From the NCBI GenBank assembly GCA_965223155.1, contig CBDCVR010000013.1, positions 736,001 to 800,000 on the forward strand: 64,000 nucleotides of DNA, in the 5' to 3' direction. Shown piece by piece: positions 9,607 through 19,109 of the stretch (position 1 is its first letter; the number at the start of each line of letters is the position of its first letter). A program made the position numbers and the translations under genes. Below the pieces are notes generated by a model. It did not search any database and was not told the origin of the DNA. It worked only from the letters and a program-made list of their open reading frames with translations. Source of the DNA: Candidatus Multivoradales bacterium. GTDB lineage: Bacteria > Acidobacteriota > Thermoanaerobaculia > Multivoradales > JAHEKO01.

Positions 9607-11319
9607 ATGAGCGCGCAACCACTGCCCGACCCGGATCCCCACGACGAGCTGGATCAGGCCCTGGCCGAGTTGGCGAGCTCGGGCCGGCGCTGGCTGGGGT
9701 TGCCGCTGGGACGTAAGACCGAATACCTGCGCGGCCTGCTGGACGGAATCCGCAGAACCGCCGTGGGCCAGGTCGAGGCCGCCTGTGCCGCCAAGGGCGT
9801 ACCCTTCGATTCGCCCTTGGCCGGCGAGGACTGGATCGGCGGCCCCTACATCGTGGGCCGCACGGTTCGCTTGCTCATGGACTCACTCGAGGCGTTGCGG
9901 GCGACCGGCGAGATTTCGATCCCGCCGTCCCGGATACGCACTGGACCAGGAGGACGCGCGATCGTCCAGGTCTTTCCGCTGGACACCTTTGATCGGCTCC
10001 TCTACCGCGGCTATCGCGCCGAGGTCTGGATGCAGCCGCACGTCACGCCGGACACCCTGCGCGACCACATGGGCGGCGTCTACCGGCAGAGCGAGCCGCA
10101 GGCCGGCGTCTCGCTGGTTCTGGGCGCCGGCAACGTCGCCAGCATTGCGCCGCTGGACGTGGTCCACAAGCTCTTCTACGAGGGCCGGGTCGCCCTTCTC
10201 AAGCTCAACCCGGTCAACGACTACCTCAGGCCGTTGTTGGAAGACGCCTTTCGCGACCTCGTGCGGGACGGGTTCGTGCGCATCGTTACCGGCGGCGGCG
10301 AGGTCGGCTCCTACCTCTGCCATCACGACCTGGTCGACGACGTCCACATCACGGGCAGCGCGGCGACCCATGATCTGATCGTTTGGGGCTCGGGGGCCGA
10401 CGCCGAGGGGCGCCGGGCGGAAGGTCGGCCGCTTCTCGACAAGCCGATCACGAGCGAGTTGGGCAACGTCAGTCCGGTCCTCGTCGTCCCCGGCCGCTGG
10501 AGCCAATCCGACCTCGACTTTCATGCCGAGAACGTGGCCACGCAGATGGTGCAAAACGGCGGCTTCAACTGCAACGCCGCCAAGGTGCTGGTCTTGGCCC
10601 GGAGCTGGCCGCAGCGCGAGGCGTTTCTGGAGGCTCTACGCCGGACCCTGCGCTCGGTTCCCCGCCGCCCGGCCTACTACCCTGGAGCCGGCGAGCGCTG
10701 GCAGCGGTTCGTGGACGCCTATCCACATGCCGAGATCCTGGGCGAGAACACCGGAGACCGGATCCTGCCGCCCGTACTCTTGACCGATCTGGACCCGGCC
10801 GACACCGGACAGCTCGCGTTCCGGGAGGAGTCTTTCTGCACGGTCACGGCCGAGACCGCGTTGGAAGCGACCGGGCCGGCCGCCTTCCTGGAGCACGCCG
10901 TGGACTGGGTCAACGATTCGCTCACCGGCACCCTCAACGCCACCATCCTGGTGGATCCGCGGACCCGCCGCGGACTCGGCACAAGCTTCGAGAGCGCGCT
11001 CGACCGGCTCCGGTACGGCGCCGTCGGCATCAACCAGTGGGCCGCCGCGGCCTTCGCCCTGGGCTCGACTCCCTGGGGGGCCTATCCCGGGCATACCCTC
11101 AAGGACATCCAGAGCGGCATCGGCACGGTGCACAACACCTTCCTCTTCGACGCCCCGGAAAAGAGTGTCGTGGACGCTCCCTTCCGCGTCACGCCCAAGC
11201 CGCCCTGGTTCGTGACCCACTCGGGAGCCGCTGGCGTAGGACGCCGGCTGGCTGCCTTCGAGCCCGATCCGAGCTACGCCCGGCTACCCGGAATCGTGCT
11301 CGCCGCCTTGCGCGGCTAG
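9607..11319 (+). CDS. Aldehyde dehydrogenase family protein
   Basis: LGAGN, LKLNP, HITGS, ELGNVSP (catalytic Glu), GFNCNA (catalytic Cys), EESFC. Confidence 0.88.
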   Translation: MSAQPLPDPDPHDELDQALAELASSGRRWLGLPLGRKTEYLRGLLDGIRRTAVGQVEAACAAKGVPFDSPLAGEDWIGGPYIVGRTVRLLMDSLEALRATGEISIPPSRIRTGPGGRAIVQVFPLDTFDRLLYRGYRAEVWMQPHVTPDTLRDHMGGVYRQSEPQAGVSLVLGAGNVASIAPLDVVHKLFYEGRVALLKLNPVNDYLRPLLEDAFRDLVRDGFVRIVTGGGEVGSYLCHHDLVDDVHITGSAATHDLIVWGSGADAEGRRAEGRPLLDKPITSELGNVSPVLVVPGRWSQSDLDFHAENVATQMVQNGGFNCNAAKVLVLARSWPQREAFLEALRRTLRSVPRRPAYYPGAGERWQRFVDAYPHAEILGENTGDRILPPVLLTDLDPADTGQLAFREESFCTVTAETALEATGPAAFLEHAVDWVNDSLTGTLNATILVDPRTRRGLGTSFESALDRLRYGAVGINQWAAAAFALGSTPWGAYPGHTLKDIQSGIGTVHNTFLFDAPEKSVVDAPFRVTPKPPWFVTHSGAAGVGRRLAAFEPDPSYARLPGIVLAALRG

Positions 11320-11330
11320 CGGCCCGCCAC

Positions 11331-11351
11331 GAACCCCCGAATTCGGGGCTC
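11331..11351. terminator. Possible hairpin between convergent ALDH and efp
   Basis: Palindrome CCCCGAATTCGGGG just after the ALDH stop. No U-tract. Confidence 0.25.
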
Positions 11352-11423
11352 GCGACCGAAGGCCGCACGGCGCCTGCCGCTGCCGTCCCGTCGAAACCTC
11401 CGGCCGCACCGGGCGTGAGGCGG

Positions 11424-11996
11424 TTAGTCCGAGACGCGCTCGACGTAGGCGCCGTCTTCGGTAGATACCCGGATCTTCTGACCGATCTTGATGAAGGGCG
11501 GCACCTGCACGACCATGCCGGTGTCTAGGGTGGCGTCCTTGGTGACGTTGGTGGCGGTGTTCCCCATGTTCGGATTGTCGATGGTATCGACGACCTCGAA
11601 CACCATCTTCTGAGGTAGCTGGACGCCGATCGGTTTGCCCTCGTACCGGGTGACGTCGACCTCGGCGTTCTCGGTCAGGAAGTTCGCCGCGTACCCCATG
11701 AGGTCGCCCGCGACGTTGATCTGCTCGTAGGTTTCGAGGTCCATGAACACGTAATCCTCGCCCTGGCTGTACAGGTACTGCATGGTCTGCACCTGCACGT
11801 CCGCGGTCTCCATCTTGGTGCCGGCGCGCACGGTGTGGTCGATGACCTTGCCGTTCACGATGCCCTTGAGCTTGAAACGGACGAAGGCTCCGCCCTTGCC
11901 CGGCTTGTGATGCGAGCGCTCGATCACCGAATAGAGCTCGCCATCGAGCAAGATCTTGGTGCCCGAACGGCACTGATTAGCATCCATCATCGCCAC
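11424..11996 (-). CDS. efp: Elongation factor P
   Basis: HHKPGKGGAFVR loop, YVFMDLETYEQ, TKDATLDTG...VQVPPFI. RBS GGAGG upstream. Confidence 0.96.
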   Translation of the reverse strand: MAMMDANQCRSGTKILLDGELYSVIERSHHKPGKGGAFVRFKLKGIVNGKVIDHTVRAGTKMETADVQVQTMQYLYSQGEDYVFMDLETYEQINVAGDLMGYAANFLTENAEVDVTRYEGKPIGVQLPQKMVFEVVDTIDNPNMGNTATNVTKDATLDTGMVVQVPPFIKIGQKIRVSTEDGAYVERVSD

Positions 11997-12058
11997 GTTG
12001 AAACCTCCCGAAACTGCGTCTGGAACGTTGGATCGGCGAGCGGTTCACCGCGGCGCGG

Positions 12059-14749
12059 TTACGCTTCGCCGAGGCCGTATTCTTGCAGAACTCGTTCCAC
12101 GAGCGAAATCAGCTCGCCAGCCTCGAAAGGCTTCGGAAGGTAGCCGGAGGCTCCCAACGCGACCAGCCGCTCGGAGACCTCGGCCTGCGGCCGATCGCCG
12201 CTCAAGACCCAGGGCAGATCCTCGCGTTCCCAGCGCAGACGGCGCAGCTCAGGATCGGTCTCGGCGCTCGTGAGATCGGCGATCACCGCGGCCACCGCCT
12301 GGGTCCCGGCAAGCACTTCAGCCGCGTGACGCGGACTGCCGGTGCGTATCGTGTCCCTGCCAGCACTCGCCAAGAGACCCTGAAGGGCGGCCAGAGTCGC
12401 CGGATCGGGCTCCACGAGCAGAATCCTCCCCGGAAGCGCGGCTTCCGCATCGGCAACCCGCTGGGGCGCTGCCAAGGCTCCCATCTCGACCACCTCACCC
12501 AGCGGCACCAGCACTCGGATGCGGGTACCGCCGGCGCCGGTCTCGACCTCGATGGCGCCGCCGTGGCCGCGCACGATGCCGAGGGCGGCCGCCAGACCTA
12601 GACCACGGCCTGTGAACTTGGTCGAGAAGAACGGATCGAACACCTTCGGCAGCACCGCGATGTCGATCCCCGGGCCGTCGTCCTGCACTTCCAGCGATCC
12701 GTACCGTCCCGGGCGCAAGGGCTGGCGTAGCGGCCGGTAGACCCCCGCCGGGGCGCGGTCGCCGGCGGCCACCGAACGCTCGGCCAGGCACACCCTGACT
12801 CGGCCCTGCCGTTCGCCGACGGCTTCGAGGCTGTTGTCGAGGAGATTGCGGACGACTTGGCGCATCTGGCCCTCGTCGCCCAGGATCGACAGCTCGCCTT
12901 CGAGCTCGAACTCGACAGCCGACGGAGCCCGTAGGCGGAGCTGTGCGATCTCGGTGGCGACCAGGCCGTGGAGATCCACCGCCCCGCGCTGGAGCCGGGC
13001 CTTGCCCGAGAAAGCGAGCATCTGGGCGGTCAGCTCCGCGGCCCGGCTGGCGGAGGTCTCGATCTCGCGCAAGGCGATGGCTTCGGCGCTGTCCTGGCCG
13101 ACGTCCTCGAGCGCGGCGGCGGCGTTGCCCAAGATCACCATCAAGAGGTTGTTGAAGTCGTGGGCGATGCCCCCGGCAACCAAGCCCAGACTCTCCAGCT
13201 TGCGACCCTGCTGGACCTCTCTCTCGAGACGGAGGGTCTGACGCTCTTCGCGGGCACGGCGGATGGCGTTGCCGAAAACGTGGCCGGCGATGTGGCCGAG
13301 AGACTGGTGCGCCAGATCCCAGTCCCGAACCTCGCCAACCGACTCCAAGAGGAGCACTCCGATCAGGCCCTGGCGACCCGATATTGGAATGGCCAGCACC
13401 GATCGAGCCCCGTCGCCAAGCAGCGCCGCCAACTCGGCCCGGCCTTCCGCCTCGAGGTCCTGGAGACGCTCAACCGCAATTGTCTCGAGCTGCCGCAGGC
13501 GGCCAAAGAGCCAGGACAGCTCGGCCGGCCGGGGGATCTCATCGCAGTCGCGCCACTGCGGTGCCGCCGGCTCTCGCCGCCACTCGAGGCATTCGGTAAA
13601 CCGGGACTCGGCCTCGTTCAGCACCAGGAAGCAGCCACGATCGCACTCCAGAAACCCGCCGATCTCAGCCAGGGCCTCCTCGATCGCGGCCGGAATTTCA
13701 CTCGAGTCGAGATCGATGAATCGGGTCGAGATCGAGACCATGAGCTGCTCTTGGTCCACCCGATGGCGCAACGCGGCCCGTGCCTGGGATTGCTCCGTGA
13801 CGTCTCGGGCCACCCCGCGCACCACCGGTCGATCGACGCCTTCGACCCGCAGGGTGTTGTGGTACTCGACGATCCTGGTCTCACCCTGGGCATCGTCGAT
13901 CGCGACGAAACCGCGGGCGCGGCCGTGGTCGAGGAGCTGCCGTCGGTACTCGTCCCAGCGCTCCGGCGGCTCGCGCGGCAGGACCCAGCGCAAATCGGTT
14001 CCGATGAGCTCGGAGCCGGACCGCCCCAGCAGCGTCGCCATGGTCGGGTTCACGGACAGCACTCCGCCCTCGAGGTCGTGGGTCCAAATTAGGTCGGCGC
14101 TGTTGTCCACCAGGTCTCGGTAACTGGCCTCGCTAGCGCGTAGCGCCTCCTCGGTACGCCTGCGCGCGGACATCTCTTCTTCCAGGCTCCGGTTCACCCG
14201 TAGCCAGTGATCGCGTGCGGTCTTCTGAGCCAGGATGAAGAACGTGGTCATCACCGCCAGGGCAATGATGACCGCCAGGCGGTTCAGCAGACTCTGAAGA
14301 GAGTGCAGGTCAGGCGGCACGACGTTGGCGACCGCTCCCTCTGGTAGCCACCAAAGCACCAGGGTGACCACGATCACCAGCGCGACGAAGATCCACATGG
14401 CGCGCAAGTCGACCAGGAACGCTGCGGCCAGCGGCACCACGAAGAGCCACGAAAAGCCCGGGTCGTAGAACCCGCCCGTATTCAAAACCGCCACCACGGC
14501 TACGGTCAGCAGCAAGGACGAAGAGACGTAGCCGGCGACTCCGATCCTGCCGCTCCAGCGCAAGAAGACCAGGTTCAAGCCGGCGAGAGTCAGCGTGACC
14601 AGCAGGGCCCAGACGACCTGGGTCGCGCCCAGCATCCAGTACTCGACCAGGAACAGAACGCCCAGCAACATCACCGCCACGTTGCTGGCGGCGATTAACC
14701 GAATGCGGCGCCGGCGGCCGGCACCGCTCTGCTCTGAAGGGGCGGGCAA
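12059..14749 (-). CDS. Membrane hybrid sensor histidine kinase (multi-TM sensor, PAS, GAF, HisKA, HATPase, atypical REC)
   Basis: About 6 N-terminal TM segments; PAS YRDLVDNSADLIWTHD...RDVTE; GAF; H-box AHDFNNLL; DDGPG; FDPFFSTK; GRGLGL; C-terminal receiver ending YLPKPF. Confidence 0.9.
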   Translation of the reverse strand: MPAPSEQSGAGRRRRIRLIAASNVAVMLLGVLFLVEYWMLGATQVVWALLVTLTLAGLNLVFLRWSGRIGVAGYVSSSLLLTVAVVAVLNTGGFYDPGFSWLFVVPLAAAFLVDLRAMWIFVALVIVVTLVLWWLPEGAVANVVPPDLHSLQSLLNRLAVIIALAVMTTFFILAQKTARDHWLRVNRSLEEEMSARRRTEEALRASEASYRDLVDNSADLIWTHDLEGGVLSVNPTMATLLGRSGSELIGTDLRWVLPREPPERWDEYRRQLLDHGRARGFVAIDDAQGETRIVEYHNTLRVEGVDRPVVRGVARDVTEQSQARAALRHRVDQEQLMVSISTRFIDLDSSEIPAAIEEALAEIGGFLECDRGCFLVLNEAESRFTECLEWRREPAAPQWRDCDEIPRPAELSWLFGRLRQLETIAVERLQDLEAEGRAELAALLGDGARSVLAIPISGRQGLIGVLLLESVGEVRDWDLAHQSLGHIAGHVFGNAIRRAREERQTLRLEREVQQGRKLESLGLVAGGIAHDFNNLLMVILGNAAAALEDVGQDSAEAIALREIETSASRAAELTAQMLAFSGKARLQRGAVDLHGLVATEIAQLRLRAPSAVEFELEGELSILGDEGQMRQVVRNLLDNSLEAVGERQGRVRVCLAERSVAAGDRAPAGVYRPLRQPLRPGRYGSLEVQDDGPGIDIAVLPKVFDPFFSTKFTGRGLGLAAALGIVRGHGGAIEVETGAGGTRIRVLVPLGEVVEMGALAAPQRVADAEAALPGRILLVEPDPATLAALQGLLASAGRDTIRTGSPRHAAEVLAGTQAVAAVIADLTSAETDPELRRLRWEREDLPWVLSGDRPQAEVSERLVALGASGYLPKPFEAGELISLVERVLQEYGLGEA

Positions 14750-14805
14750 ACCGACTACAATCGTAGCATCGGCCGGTCAGAGACGGCCGGAGAAAGCGAG
14801 CCCAC

Positions 14806-16368
14806 ATGCTCACCTGGATCGTGGCGGCCCTGACCGCCGTCGTCGTACTGACCGCGTTCTACGACCTGACCCAGAAGCGTCACGCCATCCTGCGCAATTT
14901 TCCGATCCTCGGACACTTCCGCTACTGGCTCGAAGCCATCGGCCCGGAGCTGCGTCAGTACATCGTCACTAGCAACGACGAGGAACGGCCCTTCAACCGG
15001 GACCAGAGACGCTGGGTCTACGCTTCGTCCAAGAAGCAGAACAACTACTTCGGCTTCGGCACCGACAACGACCTGGAACGCTCTTCCAACTACCTGATCG
15101 TCAAGCATTCTGCGTTTCCGCTGCCGTCCATCTTCCCGGGCCAAGACGGGTACGATCCTGCCCACCCGCTGCCGGCCGCCAAGGTCCTGGGAGCCGCCCG
15201 CGGCCGAGCCCGGGCCTTCCGTCCAGGCTCGGTGGTCAACATCTCGGGGATGAGCTTCGGCTCGCTGAGCGCCCCCGCGGTCGAGGCTCTCAACCGCGGC
15301 TCGGCCCTCGCCGGCTGCCTGCACAACACGGGCGAAGGCGGTGTCGCACCGCATCACCGCAAGGGCGGCGACCTCGTCTGGCAGATCGGCACCGGCTACT
15401 TCGGCTGCCGCGCGGCGGACGGCGGCTTCGACCGCTCGCGCTTCCTCGAAACCGTCGACAGCGCGCCGGTGCGCGCGATCGAGGTGAAGCTCAGCCAGGG
15501 GGCCAAGCCGGGCCTGGGAGGCGTCTTGCCCGCCGCCAAGGTCACCGCCGAGATCGCCGCCATCCGCGGCATCCCCGAAGGCAAGAGCTGTCTCAGCCCG
15601 TCCTACCACCAGGCCTTTTCGGGCGTGGACGGTCTGCTGGATTTCGTCGAGGATCTGGCCGAAGCAAGCGGCTTGCCGATCGGGATCAAGTCAGCGGTCG
15701 GCGATCTCGGCTTTTGGACCGAGCTCGCACACCGCAGTACAGCCACCGGCCGCGGAGTCGACTTCGTCTCCATCGACGGCGGCGAGGGGGGCACCGGCGC
15801 CGGACCGCTAGCGTTTACCGACCACGTTGCCCAGCCGTTCAAGATTGGCTTCGCTCAGGTCTACGCCATCTTCGTCGAACACGGCTTGCACGAGGGAACG
15901 GTCTTCGCCGGCTCCGGCAAGCTGGGCTTCCCCACCGACGCGCTACTGGCGTTCGCTCTGGGCTGCGACCTGGTCAACGTCGGCCGTGAGGCAATGATGG
16001 CGATCGGCTGCATCCAGGCCCAGCGCTGCCATTCCGGCCATTGCCCGACTGGTGTCGCAACCCAGAACCGATGGCTCATGCGCGGTCTCGACCCGACCTC
16101 GAAGGCCGCCCGCTTGGCCAACTACGTGGTCACTCTGCGCAAGGAGCTCAAGCAGCTCGCGCACGCCTGCGGCGTCGCCCATCCGAGTCTGGTCACCCTC
16201 GAGCACTTCGACGTCCTGGACGACCGCTACGGATTCCGGCCCGCCAGCGAGGTCTTCGGCTACGAAGCCCAAGCGTGCCTGCCCTGCGCCGAAGACCGCG
16301 CCCGAGTCGAAGAGCTCATGGCCGATGGCGGCCCGGCGGCGGCGAACTCGGCTCAGCCGCCGATATAG
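14806..16368 (+). CDS. FMN-binding glutamate synthase family protein (stand-alone FMN domain)
   Basis: MSFGSLS, NTGEGG, KLSQGAKPG, DGGEGGTGA, and the 3Fe-4S motif CIQAQRCHSGHCPTG. Confidence 0.92.
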   Translation: MLTWIVAALTAVVVLTAFYDLTQKRHAILRNFPILGHFRYWLEAIGPELRQYIVTSNDEERPFNRDQRRWVYASSKKQNNYFGFGTDNDLERSSNYLIVKHSAFPLPSIFPGQDGYDPAHPLPAAKVLGAARGRARAFRPGSVVNISGMSFGSLSAPAVEALNRGSALAGCLHNTGEGGVAPHHRKGGDLVWQIGTGYFGCRAADGGFDRSRFLETVDSAPVRAIEVKLSQGAKPGLGGVLPAAKVTAEIAAIRGIPEGKSCLSPSYHQAFSGVDGLLDFVEDLAEASGLPIGIKSAVGDLGFWTELAHRSTATGRGVDFVSIDGGEGGTGAGPLAFTDHVAQPFKIGFAQVYAIFVEHGLHEGTVFAGSGKLGFPTDALLAFALGCDLVNVGREAMMAIGCIQAQRCHSGHCPTGVATQNRWLMRGLDPTSKAARLANYVVTLRKELKQLAHACGVAHPSLVTLEHFDVLDDRYGFRPASEVFGYEAQACLPCAEDRARVEELMADGGPAAANSAQPPI

Positions 16369-17357
16369 GACATCTCAACCCGCGGGCCGGGGCGAGACTT
16401 GAGGGAGCGAAGCTCCGAGTACCGATCCTCACGCTGGCGCCAGCGGCTCGCGATCAGCTCGCTGAGGTCGGACTCGCTGGCTCCCCCGCGTAGAGGCTCG
16501 CGTAGGTCGATACCTTCCCCGGCGAACAGACAGGTGAACAACCGGCCGTCGGTGGCCAGCCGGGCCCGCCGGCACTCGCCGCAGAAGGGAGCCGAGACCG
16601 AGGCGATCACCCCGATCTCGGTGCCGTCGTCAACGAATTGGTAGCGCCGCGCGACCTCGCCCGGATACCTGGGGGCGATCGGCTCGAGCTCCCCCAAGCC
16701 TCTGACGATGCCGAGGATTTTCTCGGCCGGGACCACCTCGCCCGGGCTCCAGGAGTTGGTGGTTCCGACGTCCATGAACTCGATGAAACGTACGACGGCG
16801 CCGGTACCCCGAAAGTGCCGCACGAGGTCCCTGACTGCCCCCTCGTTGACGCCTCGGCGAATCACGGCGTTGATCTTGACCGGTCCCAGGCCGGCCTCCT
16901 CGGCCGCCCGGATGCCTTCCAGGACACGCTCGACCGGCACCGTAGTGTCGCTCAGACGCCGGTGGACGTCATCGTCGAGGCTGTCCAGACTGACAGTCAC
17001 CCGATCCAAGCCGGCGGCCGCGAGAGCGGCGGCCTGGTCGGCCAGGAGCGCGCCATTGGTAGTCAGAGCCAGGTCCAGATCGCCGGGGGCGGCGAGCATT
17101 CCTACCAGCCGGTCGAGGTTGCGGCGCAGCAACGGCTCGCCACCCGTAATCCGCACCTTCACCACCCCGAGGGTCCGGAAAACGCCGACCAAGCGCGCGA
17201 TCTCCTCGAACGAGAGAATGTCGGCGCGCGGCAGATACGGGTAGTCCGGGCCGAAGACCTCCCGGGGCATGCAATAGGTACAGCGAAAGTTGCACCGATC
17301 CATCACCGAGACCCGTAGATCCCGAAGGGGGCGCAAGAATCGATCCCGAACCGTCAC
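16353..17357 (-). CDS. moaA: GTP 3',8-cyclase MoaA
   Basis: LRVSVMDRCNFRCTYC radical-SAM motif, TGGEPL, FCGECRRARL...C, C-terminal MSYIGG. Confidence 0.96.
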   Translation of the reverse strand: MTVRDRFLRPLRDLRVSVMDRCNFRCTYCMPREVFGPDYPYLPRADILSFEEIARLVGVFRTLGVVKVRITGGEPLLRRNLDRLVGMLAAPGDLDLALTTNGALLADQAAALAAAGLDRVTVSLDSLDDDVHRRLSDTTVPVERVLEGIRAAEEAGLGPVKINAVIRRGVNEGAVRDLVRHFRGTGAVVRFIEFMDVGTTNSWSPGEVVPAEKILGIVRGLGELEPIAPRYPGEVARRYQFVDDGTEIGVIASVSAPFCGECRRARLATDGRLFTCLFAGEGIDLREPLRGGASESDLSELIASRWRQREDRYSELRSLKSRPGPRVEMSYIGG

Positions 17358-17399
17358 GTGACGATTCTACTCTCGCTCTCTGGTACCGTCGGCCCATCC

Positions 17400-19001
17400 A
17401 TGGAGTGGTTGTGGCGCAGAGGCGGCGGCAAGGCGGGAGCGTCCCGATTCGGGACCGCCGGCGCGGCGGCCGGCCTGCTAACCACCCTCGGGCTGACGGC
17501 GGGCGGATCGGCGCTGGCGGCCCAGCCAACATCTGCCGAAACGCCACCGCCCCCGACCGAGCGTTTCGGGGAGGCTATCGACGTCCGCATCATCAACCTG
17601 GAGGTCCAGGTACGCGACCGCGACGGCCGGCCCGTCGTCGGGCTTCCGGCCGACGCCTTCCGGGTGGCCGTTGGCGGTGTCGAGGTTCCGATCGCCCACT
17701 TCGAGGAGATAGCCGACCGCCGGCTGACCGATCCCCTCGGGCTGCGCGGCGAGCCGATCGAGGAGCTTCCGGACACCCGTTCTAGCTACCTTTTTTTTCT
17801 GGACGACGAGCTCAACCTCAAGACCCGGAGGGATTTCGTGCTGCGGTTCCTGCGCGGCGAGCTGGACCGGATCCAGCCCGGCGATCGGGCCGCCGTGGTC
17901 GCGTTCGACGGTCGCAAGCTGGAGGTCCTGACCCAGTGGACGGAGTCGATCGCCGAACTGGACGACACCCTGGCCCGGGCCATGACCCGGCCCGCGGACG
18001 GCATCGTGCATCTGGCGCGCCGTCGGATGCCAGGCTGGGTCGCCAACTGGGAGGGCAACGCCGCCCGGCGTAGTGTGCTGGCGGCAGCGTCCGCCCTGCA
18101 CTCACTGCCGGCGCCGCCCGGGCGTCGAGTCCTGGTCTTGGTGGCGGGCAGCTGGGACCCGATCGAGCTGTCCAGAGCCGACCGCTTCGCCTCCTGGTGC
18201 GTCGCCGACACCTGCGACGGCCTTCTGATTCTGCGGGTGCTGACCGACACCGCCAACCTGCTCGACTACTCGATCGTCGCCGTGGACGTGGAGGGCCGGG
18301 ACGTGGACCTCAACTGGGAGCGGGAAAAGCGGCTCCACGAGGTGCTGCGTTGGGTCGCCGGCGAGACCGGCGGCGAAGTGTTGTTGAACGGCAAGCGCAA
18401 GGCCATGCTCCAGCACGCCTCGCGCGCCGGCTTCAGCTATTACTCGCTCGCTGTCTATCCACCGCCCGAGGCCGGCCCCGATCGGCTCGCCGTCCAGGTC
18501 CTTGTGGACGGAGACCTCACCGCACACGCCCGTCGCACCTTCGTCAATCTCGAAGGCGAAAAGCAGGAAGAGCTGGAGGTGTTGAATCAGCTGCTCTTCC
18601 GCCATTCCGGCGAAGGCTCCTTCCCGCTCACGATCGGCCAGCCGGAGACCCGCCCGGCGGGCTGGGCTCACGTCCCGTTCTCGGTCGCGGTGCCGCTCGA
18701 CCGGCTCACCTGGCTCCCGGACGGCGACGAGTTCGTCGCCCGTTACGAGATCCAGGTCGCGACGCAGGACGGGCGCGACAACTCGAGCGAGGTCGAGCGC
18801 CATGCTTTCGAAGCCCGGCTGGACCGTCCGGCACGGCCCGGCGACTTCGACTTCCAGGATCTCGCGGTCTCGGTCCGCCGGCGCAAGCAAACGCTGTCGG
18901 TCGTGGTCCGCGACCGGCAGGGTGACGAGTCCCTTTCCGTCGTTCTGCCCTTCGAGCCGCGTCCCAAGCGCGCGGCTCGGGCGGCCGCCCGAGGCTCGTA
19001 G
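17400..19001 (+). CDS. Exported VWA-domain protein (VWFA-related acidobacterial type)
   Basis: Signal-like N-terminus, RFGEAIDVRIINLEVQVRDRDGRPVVGL, FFLDDE, VAGETGG, SYYSLAVYP. Start ATG at 17400. Confidence 0.78.
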   Translation: MEWLWRRGGGKAGASRFGTAGAAAGLLTTLGLTAGGSALAAQPTSAETPPPPTERFGEAIDVRIINLEVQVRDRDGRPVVGLPADAFRVAVGGVEVPIAHFEEIADRRLTDPLGLRGEPIEELPDTRSSYLFFLDDELNLKTRRDFVLRFLRGELDRIQPGDRAAVVAFDGRKLEVLTQWTESIAELDDTLARAMTRPADGIVHLARRRMPGWVANWEGNAARRSVLAAASALHSLPAPPGRRVLVLVAGSWDPIELSRADRFASWCVADTCDGLLILRVLTDTANLLDYSIVAVDVEGRDVDLNWEREKRLHEVLRWVAGETGGEVLLNGKRKAMLQHASRAGFSYYSLAVYPPPEAGPDRLAVQVLVDGDLTAHARRTFVNLEGEKQEELEVLNQLLFRHSGEGSFPLTIGQPETRPAGWAHVPFSVAVPLDRLTWLPDGDEFVARYEIQVATQDGRDNSSEVERHAFEARLDRPARPGDFDFQDLAVSVRRRKQTLSVVVRDRQGDESLSVVLPFEPRPKRAARAAARGS

Positions 19002-19109
19002 CAAGGCTCTCGCCGGTGGTCCATCGGTGGCTCCGAACCGCTGCTCAGGACGACGATCTGCAATCCGGTCCCGAGTACCGTCCGTACCACCTCCCGAGGA
19101 ACCGAGACC

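Noticed and set aside
17791-17798. T8 homopolymer in the VWA gene as a phase-variation tract
   Set aside because: It is short, in frame, and encodes L-F-F of a hydrophobic beta-strand. No other evidence.
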